Shown here piece by piece: positions 25,161-37,900 of a DNA stretch of 64,000 bases; positions within the stretch are counted from its first letter, which is position 1, and each line of letters opens with the position of its first letter. The stretch spans positions 8,455,832 through 8,519,831 of the forward strand of contig OZ316897.1 in the NCBI GenBank assembly GCA_973895155.1, given 5' to 3'. The position numbers were made by a program, and so were the translations under genes. This DNA is from Marsupella aquatica (lineage: Eukaryota > Plantae > Marchantiophyta). The notes under the pieces are model-generated. The model did not search any database and had not been told where the DNA came from. It saw only the letters and a list, made by a program, of their open reading frames with translations.

Positions 25161-25784
25161 GTATAAACCCCTTGTGGTGTACCTAACAGAGGGTCCAGGG
25201 GGTTTAGTGGGTAGGTGGGTGCAGTGGTGAGACTACTGGTTTCTCTTAACCCCTGGCTAGTCAGTTCTGGGGCCTGGTTCAAACCTAGCCACTGGCTAAT
25301 CAACTTTGGGAGTGGAAAATCAGAGTGGAAAAATAGTGGAAAAAACGAATTTTGAAAATTTCGCAATAATTAGTGTTAGTTTGGACTAAAGATCCACCCA
25401 TTTTTACTAGCACTTTAAATAACAGTGAAAAAAAAACTATTTTGAAAATTGACAAGAAATAGTGTTACTTTTGGAAGTTGGTTTTTTGGTCTTATCTCTA
25501 TACACGTTCAAGAGGAATGGGTAATCAAACTACCATCTTCCCCCAAACCCCCAAACACAACGCCATGGCCTTATATTCAAATGTGGGCCACGGGGCACTC
25601 TATTCTAATAGTGCACCCTGGGCACTATATTCAAGTTTTCACTATGTGGATTTTCATTTTTAATATTAGCTAGGCATTGTGTTCCAATATTTACTTTGTG
25701 TTTGAATATTGGCATTGTCATCATAGAATATATAATATATGAGTTTATTAGTGTAATTTGTGCTCAATGTAAAATAGAATAGGG

Positions 25785-25950
25785 TCAAACTCAAACACAA
25801 CAGCACCCAACTCAAACACAACACCCAGGCATTGTATTAAAAAACCCAACCCAAACACAACGCCCGAGCTTTGTGTTAAAAAACCCAACTCAAACACAAC
25901 ATCCGGGTATTGTGTTGAGAAACCCAACTCAAACACAATACCCAGGTATT
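25785..25950. repeat. ~39-bp tandem minisatellite (4-5 units)
   Basis: Repeating unit approximately 'aaaacccaactcaaacacaacacccaggcattgtgttaa'. Confidence 0.8.
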
Positions 25951-26871
25951 CTGTTTTGTGCTAGAGTTCAAAAGTGGTTTTAGTCATGGGACCCAAAAAA
26001 ATTCATTTTCGTGTGGGGGGAAACGGTAGTAACACGAATTAAGGTGAAAATGGTAGATGCGGTCCTACCATGAGAAAGGCCCCACACCAAGGCTTTAATA
26101 ATAATACAATCATGTGGCAGCCACACGACCGTCTATCTCTTCGTTCGAGCCATCTTGGGCACGAGCACACCATCATACCAGCTCGGCTTTTCTACCACAA
26201 ATTTAATCCTGCCTCCAATCCAGCGATCATTGAGCTCGATTCCACATTGCCCACAACGTAACTCTGCCTTTGCTCGCTCCAGAGCTCAGCTCAGCCCATC
26301 CCAGCATTGCCCAAGAAGCTCCTGTCTCCTGTCCAACAGTGGCCACAAATCCTCCACTGCGTGGGTTCATTCCAGAGCTCAGCTCAAGTACAAAGCCTAC
26401 ATTGCTCGAATTGCTTTTGTCCACCATTGCCCACAAAAGAGAAGCTCCAGAATTCCGCCCATCTTGTAGTGAGGAGACTTATTAAGCAGTGTCCTCATCA
26501 CTCTGGGCGGTATCTCTATTTCCATTAATTTCCTGCCACTCTGGTGGTCTTGGGGGTCTCTCTGCTACCATCAATTTCTGCCAATTTGTTGAACAATTGA
26601 CTGCTGTGGTGTCTCTTGCGGAATTCAGTGAAGAGTCTCTGGGAATGGAGCTGAAAGCCAGTCTTTGATTGTGATTACTGCACAGAATTAGGTAGGGAGC
26701 AAAATTTTGCCGGTATACGCCTCTCTGCCTTCACCATTAATTGAGTCGAAATTGCTCCATTGGTTTATCATCAGCTGCTGTCTCGTCGAAATTTTCTCCA
26801 TACACTCAGCCAGGAAGAAGCGATAATCGAATTTGGGCTGGCCAAATCGCGGAGAAGGGAAGAAGGAGCAA

Positions 26872-29626
26872 ATGGCCTGTAGCTTTCCTGCAATCGTCCA
26901 TCATCCAGCATCAGCGGTGGTCTCCTTGGGATCGCCAACACGTCTGAGGGGCTTGGAAGGCCGGACAAGAGGAGGAGGAGGAGGAGGAGGAGGTGCGGTG
27001 TGGAGGGGAAGGGAATTAGGGAGACAATTTAGACCTCTGGTGGCTGCATTGAATACAGAAACTGCAAGTTCTTCTACTTCGTCTTCGGAGCCAGCAGAGC
27101 AGCAAGGGCCTCCTATCATCGAGATTCAATTTCTCTCTGTAAGAGACCTACTGCACTCTTGGGGATATCTGAGCACGAATCATATGACAGTCCTGTCGTC
27201 AGTCACGTTTGGCCCCTTTGTACTCAATTTCTAGATCTGCTCTTTGGATTCATAATGCTCATAGGTTGATCATTGTGACGGGACATTTAGTTTATTTTGT
27301 GCTCTCTTCCAAAGTCCAAACCCTGATTAGGTGACTGGACTTGAAAATTAATTTCAATGCAATTGCATTAGTCTGTTACACAGTTCCTTGTGAGTTATGA
27401 TAGGCAGTAATTTTTCCATCTTGTCAATATGATTATGGAAGTGGTAATTACGGTTGGTGTCTTTTGAAGTTTCTGTAATTGTTTCAAGTTCGGATTTCTT
27501 ACCTGCATGTACTCTTTGTTCTTTGTGCGTTGTTGTTCCAACGGACTGTCAATCTGGCAGCCAGAGTCAGTCTCTGATTCTCAAACGTTTTCGGCTGTAA
27601 GCGGAGAGAAGAACTTGAGGAAGTTTATGCTCGAGAACAAATTGGAGCTCTATGCACTTTATGTACGTACAAGATTCTTTTGACAAGCGTATTTCTCTTG
27701 TGTGACCTAAGGTTTCATTATGCCCCTGTTTGTATCAGAGGACTAACATCATATCTGTCTTCTATATGTGTGCACGCTTGGTCACTGATCTGGAACTTGC
27801 AACCGACACTTTCCTCCCGAAATAGGCTTATTTTACCTCTGCTTTAGAGTGGCCTTTCAAGCCAAAGTTTGGTACCGATGCTCTCAGTAATTATCTAGCA
27901 CTACAAAGTTGCCATAGTGAAACGGGCTGAAGGTGCTTGATCTGTAGTGACTGAACATTCATGGTCGTAAATAAATGTCACTAATGTCAAGATAGATCTT
28001 TAATAAGGACAGGCGCCTTGGCAAGTGCGTGATTGTCATCCGTTCATGTGCTTTGCAGAAAGAGATCATCGTACGAGCTAAACAAGCCACTTAAGTGCCT
28101 CTTTAAATATTGTCTCCAGCCAGAGGATGTTAGGAAAAGGCTTTCCCTTAGTTGTTTCTAAAGTTGCATAGTCTGTAAGATATTGGGACTCTTGGCCTGT
28201 TTTACAATCTGTATCAATTGAGCACGCAGACTGTCGATCAATCGCAAACCGTCTATGGGTTTTGGCAGGGAAAAGTGATGAACTGTGGAGGTGGAGGCAG
28301 CTGCGGCACATGTATGGTAGAGGTTTGTAACTGATCGCCATTCTCGTCGTTTAATCTCAATCTCAATCTCAGCACAGGTATAGGATAATCACCGTCTTGA
28401 AGTTCTTTTTCTACTAGATCTCGAGCACGTTTTGGATGATAAACTGTAGAAAGTGGGCACGGTCTGTATGGTATCAATTGGATGTCAATACATTTTGGAC
28501 AAACTGTTTTTCGTTCAATTTCCAGGATCATGTATTGATTTTGTTATGTAAGAGGAGGAACGTTGGGAATGTCCGGTCATTAATTTGTGTTTTTCTTAAT
28601 TGCTTTCTTACAGTCGTCGGATTTTTGAATGGATACGATGTCCGTGTGTAATCTATATTTCCAGTCACAAGAAAAGCTGATTGTGGGTACTTGAAAGTGA
28701 GCAGATACTTGAAGGCCAGGAGCTTCTGAGTGAGAGAACGGATGCAGAGTACAAATACTTGAATAAGGTATTCCCTTCTTCATCATATAGCTACTTGGAA
28801 TATTATGAGATCTGTAGGCTTTCGCTAGTGTGTCTCAGGAGGTGGTGAGGACAGAAGTTCAGAATGATGTGCATGTGCCTGCGTGTGAAACAGGTTAGGA
28901 CAGGACCTCAGAAATGCAATGTCATTGATCAGTTTTGCAAGCTGGTAGGAAAGCTGCTGCTCATGAATTTCCTACCTCTGTTTGAGTCTCACCTATTGTA
29001 GTGTCTGACACGATCAACATTGGATCTGAAACTTCGAAAGTTTCCTGAATTATTGACTCATAATTGCAGTGCATTCACACTACATATACCTAGGAAGGCT
29101 ACCTTTCTGATTTTTCTCTTTCTGACTCCGTGGTCAAAATCTCAGTGATTGCCACCTACGGTTTGAGAAACTGGGAGCAACCCTTAACCGGTTGGATTGA
29201 ACTATAGGAAACTTGAGAGTAGGAGCTTTCACAGATACTGATCTGTGCTTACGTGTGGAAAATTCCTGCATTTTTGCAGAAACCTGAGAGTTGGCGTTTG
29301 GCATGCCAGACCATTGTTGGGGACAAATCTGACAACGGAAAGGTGTGTACCTTTCCCGCATACTATTGCTAACTTCTCTCTAGTTACTATATTATGTGTC
29401 CTTCTGTCCTGTTATCATCATTTCGTCAAGGACATGATTCGTTTGTATAAAACAAAGGCCATGACGTTGATAGAAGGCCTACTTGCCCAATTGTCTCTGA
29501 CTTGATTCCAATCCAAGAGGTTTAAATCTATCCTTGTAATTCACGTAGCGATGCCGACTGATTTTTCCTCGTTGTAACCTCGTTGTACAGGTAGTGGTAC
29601 AACGGCTGCCACAAAAGAAGAAGTAG
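26872..29626 (+). CDS. Plastid-targeted 2Fe-2S ferredoxin-like protein (At4g32590/PnsB3-related family), 194 aa
   Basis: Exons 26872-27138, 27561-27662, 28269-28322, 28705-28767, 29280-29342, 29591-29626, all phase 0 GT-AG. Cys motif 'MNCGGGGSCGTCMVE' plus 'WRLACQT'. Transit-peptide-like N-terminus. Confidence 0.92.
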
Positions 29627-32600
29627 AACACCTCATGCGCCGCTGCATTAAGATCTGATTTATAACTCATTTAGGCATCCATGAACCTTGCTATACTTCA
29701 GTGGAGGTAATGCACATATGAATAAACGGAAGTCTGATTCAACAGTTTTGTTCCCCGGTTTCAGCGGTTGCTATGATTATGGTTTGATTTCGAGATGAAG
29801 TTTTGGACTTGAGATCCCGTGACAAGAGGTGCAAGACTTCTCAAGAATATTTGCACTGCTTGTTCTATCATTTTTGTCGTTGGCAGTACCTCTTGATAAA
29901 CGCTGGTCACATCCCTGGCGTAATGGGACTGGCAGTCAGGATTAATGGACAAGAATAGTATCCCGAAAGTCCAGTACGATATTTTGATTACCTTGCATTC
30001 CTACGGTCTCAATGTTTTGCCCTGATCCTTACTGTAGGGAGTTGATATGTTCCCATTTCTTAAGCACTGCTTCGGAAAAAAGATATTCGTTCCGCTATTA
30101 TTCCGCTAGGGAGTCTGAGAGCACCTCCGGAAGCCAAACCACGAAGTACATTCCCTTGTTGCTCAAGACATTTTGCTGTGAAGGTATCGGTATGACGGAT
30201 AGGTTTCTGTGAAGATGAGCGACATTGGTTGGGTACTCCAATTCGACACTGCTAAATGTCGAGAAGTTCAGCCTCTGGGAATTAACAATTGTAGAGGAAG
30301 AAGAAATTGACAAATTAGTGTGGGTGAACTCATCGATAAGACAGCGGGGAACATTGACAAAATATGTCCATTTGCATGTAGTTTTATGGCTTGAAGACAT
30401 TTTACCACGATTGCAATAGGAGTATACTCTTCTCATGTTAGGCGATCCTCTTCATGGGGACTGTAGTATCTTCGTCTATGCGGCTAAGGTGTTCTATTCG
30501 GACAGGACCGTGAATGAGTCTCTCCGTGAACAATTTGTCTTTCGTTCATAACAAAGGCATCAGAGTAAACCGAGCTGAGACTTTCCGCTGCAGGTTTACG
30601 GAGTGAACAGAAAGTCATGCTATGAGAGGTCCCCAAATAAGACGTTTTCCATATGAGTTTTCAATGGAAATCACCCACAAATTAAGCTTCCTAGGAGTGG
30701 CCTTCCCAATTGTGTAGAGATTTCAAAGGACTATGTAGCTGCACGCGCGGAGTTCATTCCAATTCGCTGACTTCGGCCGATGAGAACGCAAATCCTTCCC
30801 TCAAGCATGCCAATATTCCCCTGAGAATTTATTCCCAGACTTACACAGAGGTTCAACCATCTTCCTAACTGCAAATTTTACTCAGAATGATTTCGATAAT
30901 ATTGGGCACTGGGTAGCACGGTATCTCGAAAAAGAGAGAAGGATCGTTTGTCATCGCCATAATCAGATCACCTCTTAGAGTATAAACTTCTGGAGTGACA
31001 AAACTATAGGTAGATATATGTGCATAAGCACCTCGCGGTTTGGCTGCTGGAAATGTCTTCTCAAGCCCCCAAGACCGGAGTAGAGATCTAGGTCTAGCAA
31101 TGGTTGGAGACACGGTGTCCATGATGGGTGATGAAGGTGTAGTGGGGAGTGAATAAAACATTGGTCAGCGCCTCAGGTGGAGTTGAAACAAATAAATTCC
31201 GGACCTTCCGAATCCCTTGCAGCCACTCAATCACAAGGGAACAGAGGCATTATGTTGGCCGTTAAACAAACTAGGTGTATACGATTGTTCCCCATTCTTT
31301 GGGTCGTGAATTTCGCAGGTTTAAGCGAATTTTCAATTCCTGGGTTGTCAATGTTTGAAATGGAGCGTCAACTTGTCAAGTCTTGGAGTCTGAATTTCTC
31401 AGGTAGGGTACGAATTCATAAATTCTTGGGGTACGTGTGAATCAAATCAAATGATCCATAAAAGACATCTCATGTCCCATAGTCTGAACGTGCATTGAAT
31501 CTGCCATGGATGTATCTGCTTTGCGATAAACTTAGTCAGGCAAATCGGTTTTTGACACACGGGGGTTTCGTGTTCTGTACTACTGTAGCAGTTCGTGGCC
31601 TCTGTCATTTGACGAAACAATGCTCTGTGGCAGCTCTCATCTTGTCCTTACGGTCTATGGTACGTTCCCACAATTTTTTCTTGATTGTTTACTGTACATT
31701 TTGTCGGCCCTGTTTCAGAAAATTGGTTCCTTCTCCTGCAATTTCCAAGTGAAATTGTTATCGTTAGAAAACGAAGCTATTACCTGGTCACGTTGGCATC
31801 ACATCAGGAGTTCCGTCTACTCACTAACATCTGCCAACCTGATTTGTTCTATTTATGGGTTGTCCTCTTGTTATTCACTTCAGAAGTTACTTTTGTGGCC
31901 ACAAGTTCGGACTACGAAACCGACCATCCTACTCTTACGTGATGACAACGTACATCTGCCTTTGCTGGGCACCTATCTTCAAGATTTTTACATATCACTT
32001 GCTCCGTACTGGCCAAGGCGGACCCAGTGGATGCCAAATTATGTACAGGATTCCTCTTCCGATTGTGTTGGTTTGCTTCGCATGTCGTTTTTATGTCGTC
32101 AATTCGCCCTAGTAAGTTAACCCTGCAATTTGTGTTCAGATGCGGCCTCTAAACGCCAAAATTGTGTTTGTCTGAAGTCTATGGGATGTACTTAGTTTGT
32201 GGTCGTGACTTTCAGCTAAGGGAATGTTAGGGACTTCGGGGCATGAGCTTCCTCTGAATGACGGTGATCAGGATTACTGTACTTCATGGTGTGTTGCTTG
32301 ACTGGCACGGGTCTGATGATCAAAATTGAGCTTTCATCAACGGTAAGACTCCTGTGTAGTAAATCTCTAGCCAGGGTTGCGGGAAAATGCAACGAAGAAT
32401 CAAGTGCAGCACTTTTATCTCGCAAGTGCTCTGAAATTAGACTAAAGAGTTAGATTCGTGCATGTAGAAGATTGTGACTCTCCTCTGTTATTTTGGTATG
32501 GAAGCAGGGACGAAGGTGTGCTGTTCGATGGACACTTGCTGAATTCGAGAAACCTCTCTCATTCTGGGTTGTTGAATCCTTGCTTGGAAGGAACGAGCGC

Positions 32601-32744
32601 TAGAGCAGTTTATGAGGAGGTACCTTGTTCATGAGCATCATTCTGCGTGACTGACTGTCAAGTAGCACTTGAAAATTAAACCCATGCCAAATCTGCAGTG
32701 GTCAGAATTGGATAGATAGACGAAGAGGTTGAAAACAAGCCAAG

Positions 32745-33356
32745 ATGTCTGAAAAAGACCAATCTTCCTCAGCGTCAAATGTTTCTTCAATTTTCACACT
32801 CAGAGCGCCAGCAACAGCAGCAGTGGGTACCGCTACCTCCTCTAGCACCACCTTCAAGCCCCCTCCCCTTCCATGGCTTATGGGGACCTGGCATGTCACA
32901 CACTCCACGCTCCCAATGTGGAAGAAATCCCGGAACGTGGCCATAACCTACAAGACACTCGGCTCGGACTCCGATCAGCGTCTAGACGATTCAGTCACAT
33001 ACCAAGGGCTCTCCTCGAACAAGATCAACACCATCACGGGGATTGACACACCGGCCGGGCCGGGGGCATGGAATTGGCGTGGGAGAGGCTGGCTGATGAT
33101 TGCTAGCTCGCACTGGGAGATTTTGGGATACGGTGGTGGGGAAGGGGAGGAGTTGGGTAATGGGAACGGGGAACAATGGGTGGTGACATACTTCGCAAAG
33201 ACGCTCTTTACTCCGTCTGGGATTGATATTTACAGTCGGAGGAAGGAGGGGTTGAACCAGGAGACTGTGGAGGCGATCAAGCAGGCTCTCGGGAGGGTGG
33301 ATTCGGAGGTGGTGAGAAGCTTGGTGAGGGAGATATTTGAGGTGAAGAGTGATTGA
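32745..33356 (+). CDS. Intronless lipocalin/calycin-like protein resembling filamentous-fungal hypothetical proteins, 203 aa
   Basis: Intact ATG ORF with a lipocalin-type GxW motif (WLMGTWHVTHSTLPMW). Further blocks 'RNV.ITY', 'LDD.V.YQ', 'GIDTP', 'WNWRGRGWLMIASSHWEILGYG', 'WVVTYFAKTLFTPSGIDIYSR'. A branch-point-like CTGAC and CTGCAG acceptor lie just upstream (32651-32698). Confidence 0.8.
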   Translation: MSEKDQSSSASNVSSIFTLRAPATAAVGTATSSSTTFKPPPLPWLMGTWHVTHSTLPMWKKSRNVAITYKTLGSDSDQRLDDSVTYQGLSSNKINTITGIDTPAGPGAWNWRGRGWLMIASSHWEILGYGGGEGEELGNGNGEQWVVTYFAKTLFTPSGIDIYSRRKEGLNQETVEAIKQALGRVDSEVVRSLVREIFEVKSD

Positions 33357-34979
33357 TTGATGCACTCCTGACGAAAGAGATTAGGATGGGATTTGTAGGT
33401 CCTTTCAGCCTCCTTGGGTCCTCTGTTTTTGAATCAGTTCGAGACTTTTATCATGCCTCCTTGTAATTCTTTCATTGACTAGAAAAGTAAAGAGTTATTG
33501 GTTGTGGCAATTGTCTACTAGAAGTTGGTGGGGGGGATGTTTGCGCTGACGATTGATTGGCAGGAATGCGCCTTATCAGCTCTAAGATAGTTCAGGATTC
33601 AATTTGTAGGAGACGCCCGCGTTTTGGGACTATTTCGAAACTTCTTTCACGTCTGGTTGTAAATTTTTTGATAAATTTTCAACCCTTCAATGTATATTTG
33701 GAATTTCCCAGTTTGTAGCAGTCTCTACTTAAGATTGGTAGGGAGATGATTGCTGCCAAGAATGATGACAGCAATCCACATTGAAAGACTACAGGATTAG
33801 ACTTTGCACGGATTTTGTCTCGTAGATCCCGCCGTTGGACCATTGTGAGACTTCTTCAGGTATCCCGATGTAGGAAGATTCTTCGGAAGGTTTTCCTTCC
33901 TTGTAACAGAGAAAATCCAAAAGTGTTAATTTGCAGGAATTTTACAAAGCAGATTCCTCAATCCTTAGTATTCTGGAGACATTTCACTCTAACAGCCCTG
34001 CCGCTGTGTCCTTTCGTTCCCCACCCTTCATTATAACTCAGGGCTATTACATTCAGTTTGATTCGATTCAGCTGGATGCAACTTACCTCCTTCCAGTTCA
34101 ACGCTATATAATACTTTGATTCTAGGAGTAAGATGTCAATCTCACCAATGCTCTGACTCTTGTTCTAATTCCTACGGTTTCCAAATTCGATCGATTGAAC
34201 TGTTGGAATTCTGGAAGAGGCGGGCTTAGAAATCCTAGTTTTAACGAGAGACAGGGATGTTTCATGGCAAGAGGTGTTCAGTGTGGTTAAGACGTCGAAC
34301 CAAAACTTTTACACCTGAAACAAGGAAACTGAAAGGGCTTGGCTTCCTTGATTTGTTATAAGGTGGTAAGATATTGACGACCCAAGGGTGTACAGTAGGT
34401 ACTCTATCACTATAAGCAGCACGGCAATATCCCGAACATAAACAATCATTTCTTCAACTTACCTCGCTTTTCGACATCACGTGTGACGTTTCCTGATTTG
34501 TTTCTGAGACAAAAAAACGTACACAGCTTATGACAATACCCAAGAGAATCTAAAGTTGTATGTATTGATTGGAGCCTCGTGGCCAATTTGCACGCACGAC
34601 AAAATTTCCATATTGGTACAATTTTGGCACAGGCTGGCAGCACTGGGAAGCCCAATAAAACTACCGACGTGAAGGCCAAAGTTGCACTGAATTGCTATCC
34701 TAGGACAGCTAACATTGATTATGACAGAGGGCAAAGTATGTACAACCGAAAGGAATGCTGGATGTCTTTAGTCCTAAACATGTGCCTCAGCTAATAAGAA
34801 TCCAAGCTGACCCTGCAGAGGACTTAACTCACGAACTTGGGTTAGAAAAAAGGCCGTGGAACCTTTCCTGTACACTTCCCTAGATGGAGAATTTGGCCCC
34901 ACCGAGGAGCGACAACTTTTCAAAATTTTACGAGTATGAATTCAAAAAAGAATTGAGGAATCCAATCTACTCGAATCTA

Positions 34980-37900
34980 CTACTCTATGGGCACCGACCA
35001 GTCACTATTGATATGACCATACTGAATGTCCAGGATTGCTCGAGTAAGTCTCCCACTAAGACTGAAAGGTTCATCTGCCTTGGGTTCTTCTAGTGCCATG
35101 CCAGCCGGCTTCTCTGTCCAGTGCGAGGCCGCTCTTGTATCGAAGGGTATGCGGATTTCCCTGTTGTCCTCCTCCATCAATAGCCCGACTATGGGTTGAA
35201 TAATGACCGCTGTCCCCGTCCCAAACACCTCCACAATGTTTCCTTTCTTATCTGCCTCATCAACCTTACCAAAGAAGAAGCAAGTCAGCCGGTCCCTTCA
35301 ATGGCAAATTTGACAGCCTCAAGCAGAAAGCTCAGACTCAGAATTGACAATCACGGTGGCTCCCAACTCTGCTTTGTGTACAATGTGCCATTTCGATAAC
35401 AATTTCTCGCATGCTAATGTACTACAGGTCATTCTTGATGCCAGTGGAGACCAATAGTGTTTAGAGAAAAGTTATAAGTTCATACCTCGTCCCAGGACAA
35501 CCGCCTCTCCGAGACCTGGATTCCCCCAAACGAGCGAGTGAGGGCAAGCACAGAGTCTCTGGTGACTCCAGGAAGAATGACGCCGTCAAGATGGGGAGTG
35601 ACAAGCTCAAGCTGGCCATCATTCTTCCTCAGCAGAAAGAAGACATTCATGGCTCCAGATTCCCCAACTGCTCCTCCTTCACGCCCATCATCCAGCACAA
35701 AAAGGACCTGTTGGCAGCCTAGCTCTAGAGCCCTCGTCTGGGGAACAATTGTGGGAGCATAGTTGCCTCCCACTTTTGCATCCCCTATACCACCAGGAAA
35801 TGCCCTGACGTGCTTCTTCTCAACGAGGAGCCTAATGGACCTCAGCCCATCTGGAAAATAGGGCCCCACTGGAGAGAGTACACAGAAGATGGCGGCCGAG
35901 CTCGATGGGCCCATTCCCAAGTGAGGGTGTGTGGAAATCATGGTGGGCCTTATGTACAAAGAGAATCCCTCCACATCTGGAATCCAGTCTCGCTCCACTC
36001 GCAGAAGAGCCTTGATGCAATCTAGTAAAGCTTCCTGATTGCACAGAAGTCCACAATTACAACTGATCAGAGGTTGAACGGTTGCGGAACTGTCAAATGC
36101 ACAACTTCTGTCAGCACTTTGCAATCCATGAGAGCTTCTTCAATAATGAAGAATCTGCCCATCATCGTCATGCTCGAGATCTGTGCTTCAGAACTCTAAC
36201 ATATAGATGATAAGCTTGCATTATGTACACTATAGCAATGGTGAAATAGGTCTATAGATTTTGCTACAATGAAATTGCTTGAAGCCTACTAAATACCTAT
36301 AGGCTTCAAACAATTTGATGGGTAATATTGTAGGCTCCAAGTGCGACAACTTTACCCATCAAATATTCTAAAGTCCACAATATTAATTATTTGATATTGT
36401 ACCTTTATATTTGATATTTGATATTGGCAAGCTGCATATGTGACACTAATTAGGCATATTGTTGTATACTTTTTATATAGTCAACATACAATTCTTCAAC
36501 CACGTTTTACAGACCCTTACAGAAATACAAACCCTTGACCATATGTAAAGTATCCAACAATGTACCTAATTAGTGTCATGCATGGCCTCTATGGTCTACA
36601 ATGAAGACTCCAGACCATGACTTGGGGGACCTAAGTGAAGTTGGGGGTTGAATGTCCTCACCTCTATTTACATTCCAAAAAAGGTCACTCAGGCTAGTAG
36701 TTCATGAATTATGGTCAACCCATCTCGACTGTCTCCAAGGTGTAGGAAGAAGAGAGACATCATTCTATCACCTTCACATTTGATTAAATTCTATAAATGA
36801 GAGCCCATTTTCCAACTTTCCCACTTCACCCATCTCGACTATCTCCAAGGTGTAGGAAGAAGAGAGACATCATTCTATTACCTTCACATTTGATTAAATT
36901 CTATAAATGAGAGCCCATTTTCCAACTTTCCCCACTTCACTGTGTGTTAAATCGAAGTGAAGTTAATGCGTTTTGTACTACAGAACATAAACCAATACAC
37001 TATATCATGATCTACAAACCAAGTGATTTGAACCACAAGTGTCTTGGTTTATGTTCTGGTTGTAAGGCTGACTGACATAGATTTTAAAGCATGGTCCTAG
37101 CTCCACCTCTTCATCCCACCAGAATCTTCTCAAATTGTTGGAGTGCATAGTGCTCAAACCGATCCACTTCCCTTTTGCTGCTCCAATTGAACGAGAAGTC
37201 GAAAGGGAGAAGGTGGAAATGCGGGTCCATCGAATAATGGAGCTCCAACCTTCGCCACCCAAGGTCATGGGACACTATGCTAGGGGCACTCTACAGTCCT
37301 GGAAAGATTATGTGGCAAGGATGGAGGTGGTAAAGTGGTGCTGTGGTGCTGTGGAGCAGAACTGCTCTACAGTGATGCAGCTACCGATGAGCTCATCTGC
37401 CGCCTCCGGCAGCAAGTGCAAACAACAAAAGTGGCCTAGAGTGCAAATTGCAGCACCGTAGCTGGAAGAGAAGTGGGGATTGGTGAAAGTAAGAAACTCC
37501 AGTATTCTCGTTTGTCTCTGGTGTTACGAGTTGCAGCCTGCTCCAGAGGGACTTTTGTAAAGGAGCAAACTAAAGTGGCAATTTTCTCGTTGCAGGGGAG
37601 AGGAAGAAAAAGAAAGGCGGCCGCTTTCTCTCTGCAGACCCGCTTTCTCTCTGCAGACCCGCTTTCTCTCTGCGTACTGCAGATCACATGTCAGCCACAT
37701 GGCCAGCCCCATTTCAGAGAACTGAGTTCAGCAATGCAGGAAGAGTGTTTACCCACTTTCTGATGGCATACTGGCAAGCGATTAATGAACTCGGTTGACA
37801 GGTGGGGGGGCTTCGAATGAAATGGAGTCAGCTTGTAGTTTTTCTGGAGTCTGCAGATCTTCACGACCGGTGCTAAGATATCGTGCCAACTGGGGAGCAA

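Noticed and set aside
37135-37763. Antisense ORFs (108 and 96 aa) inside BCAT intron 3
   Set aside because: Non-ATG starts and no recognisable family; possibly decayed inserted sequence.
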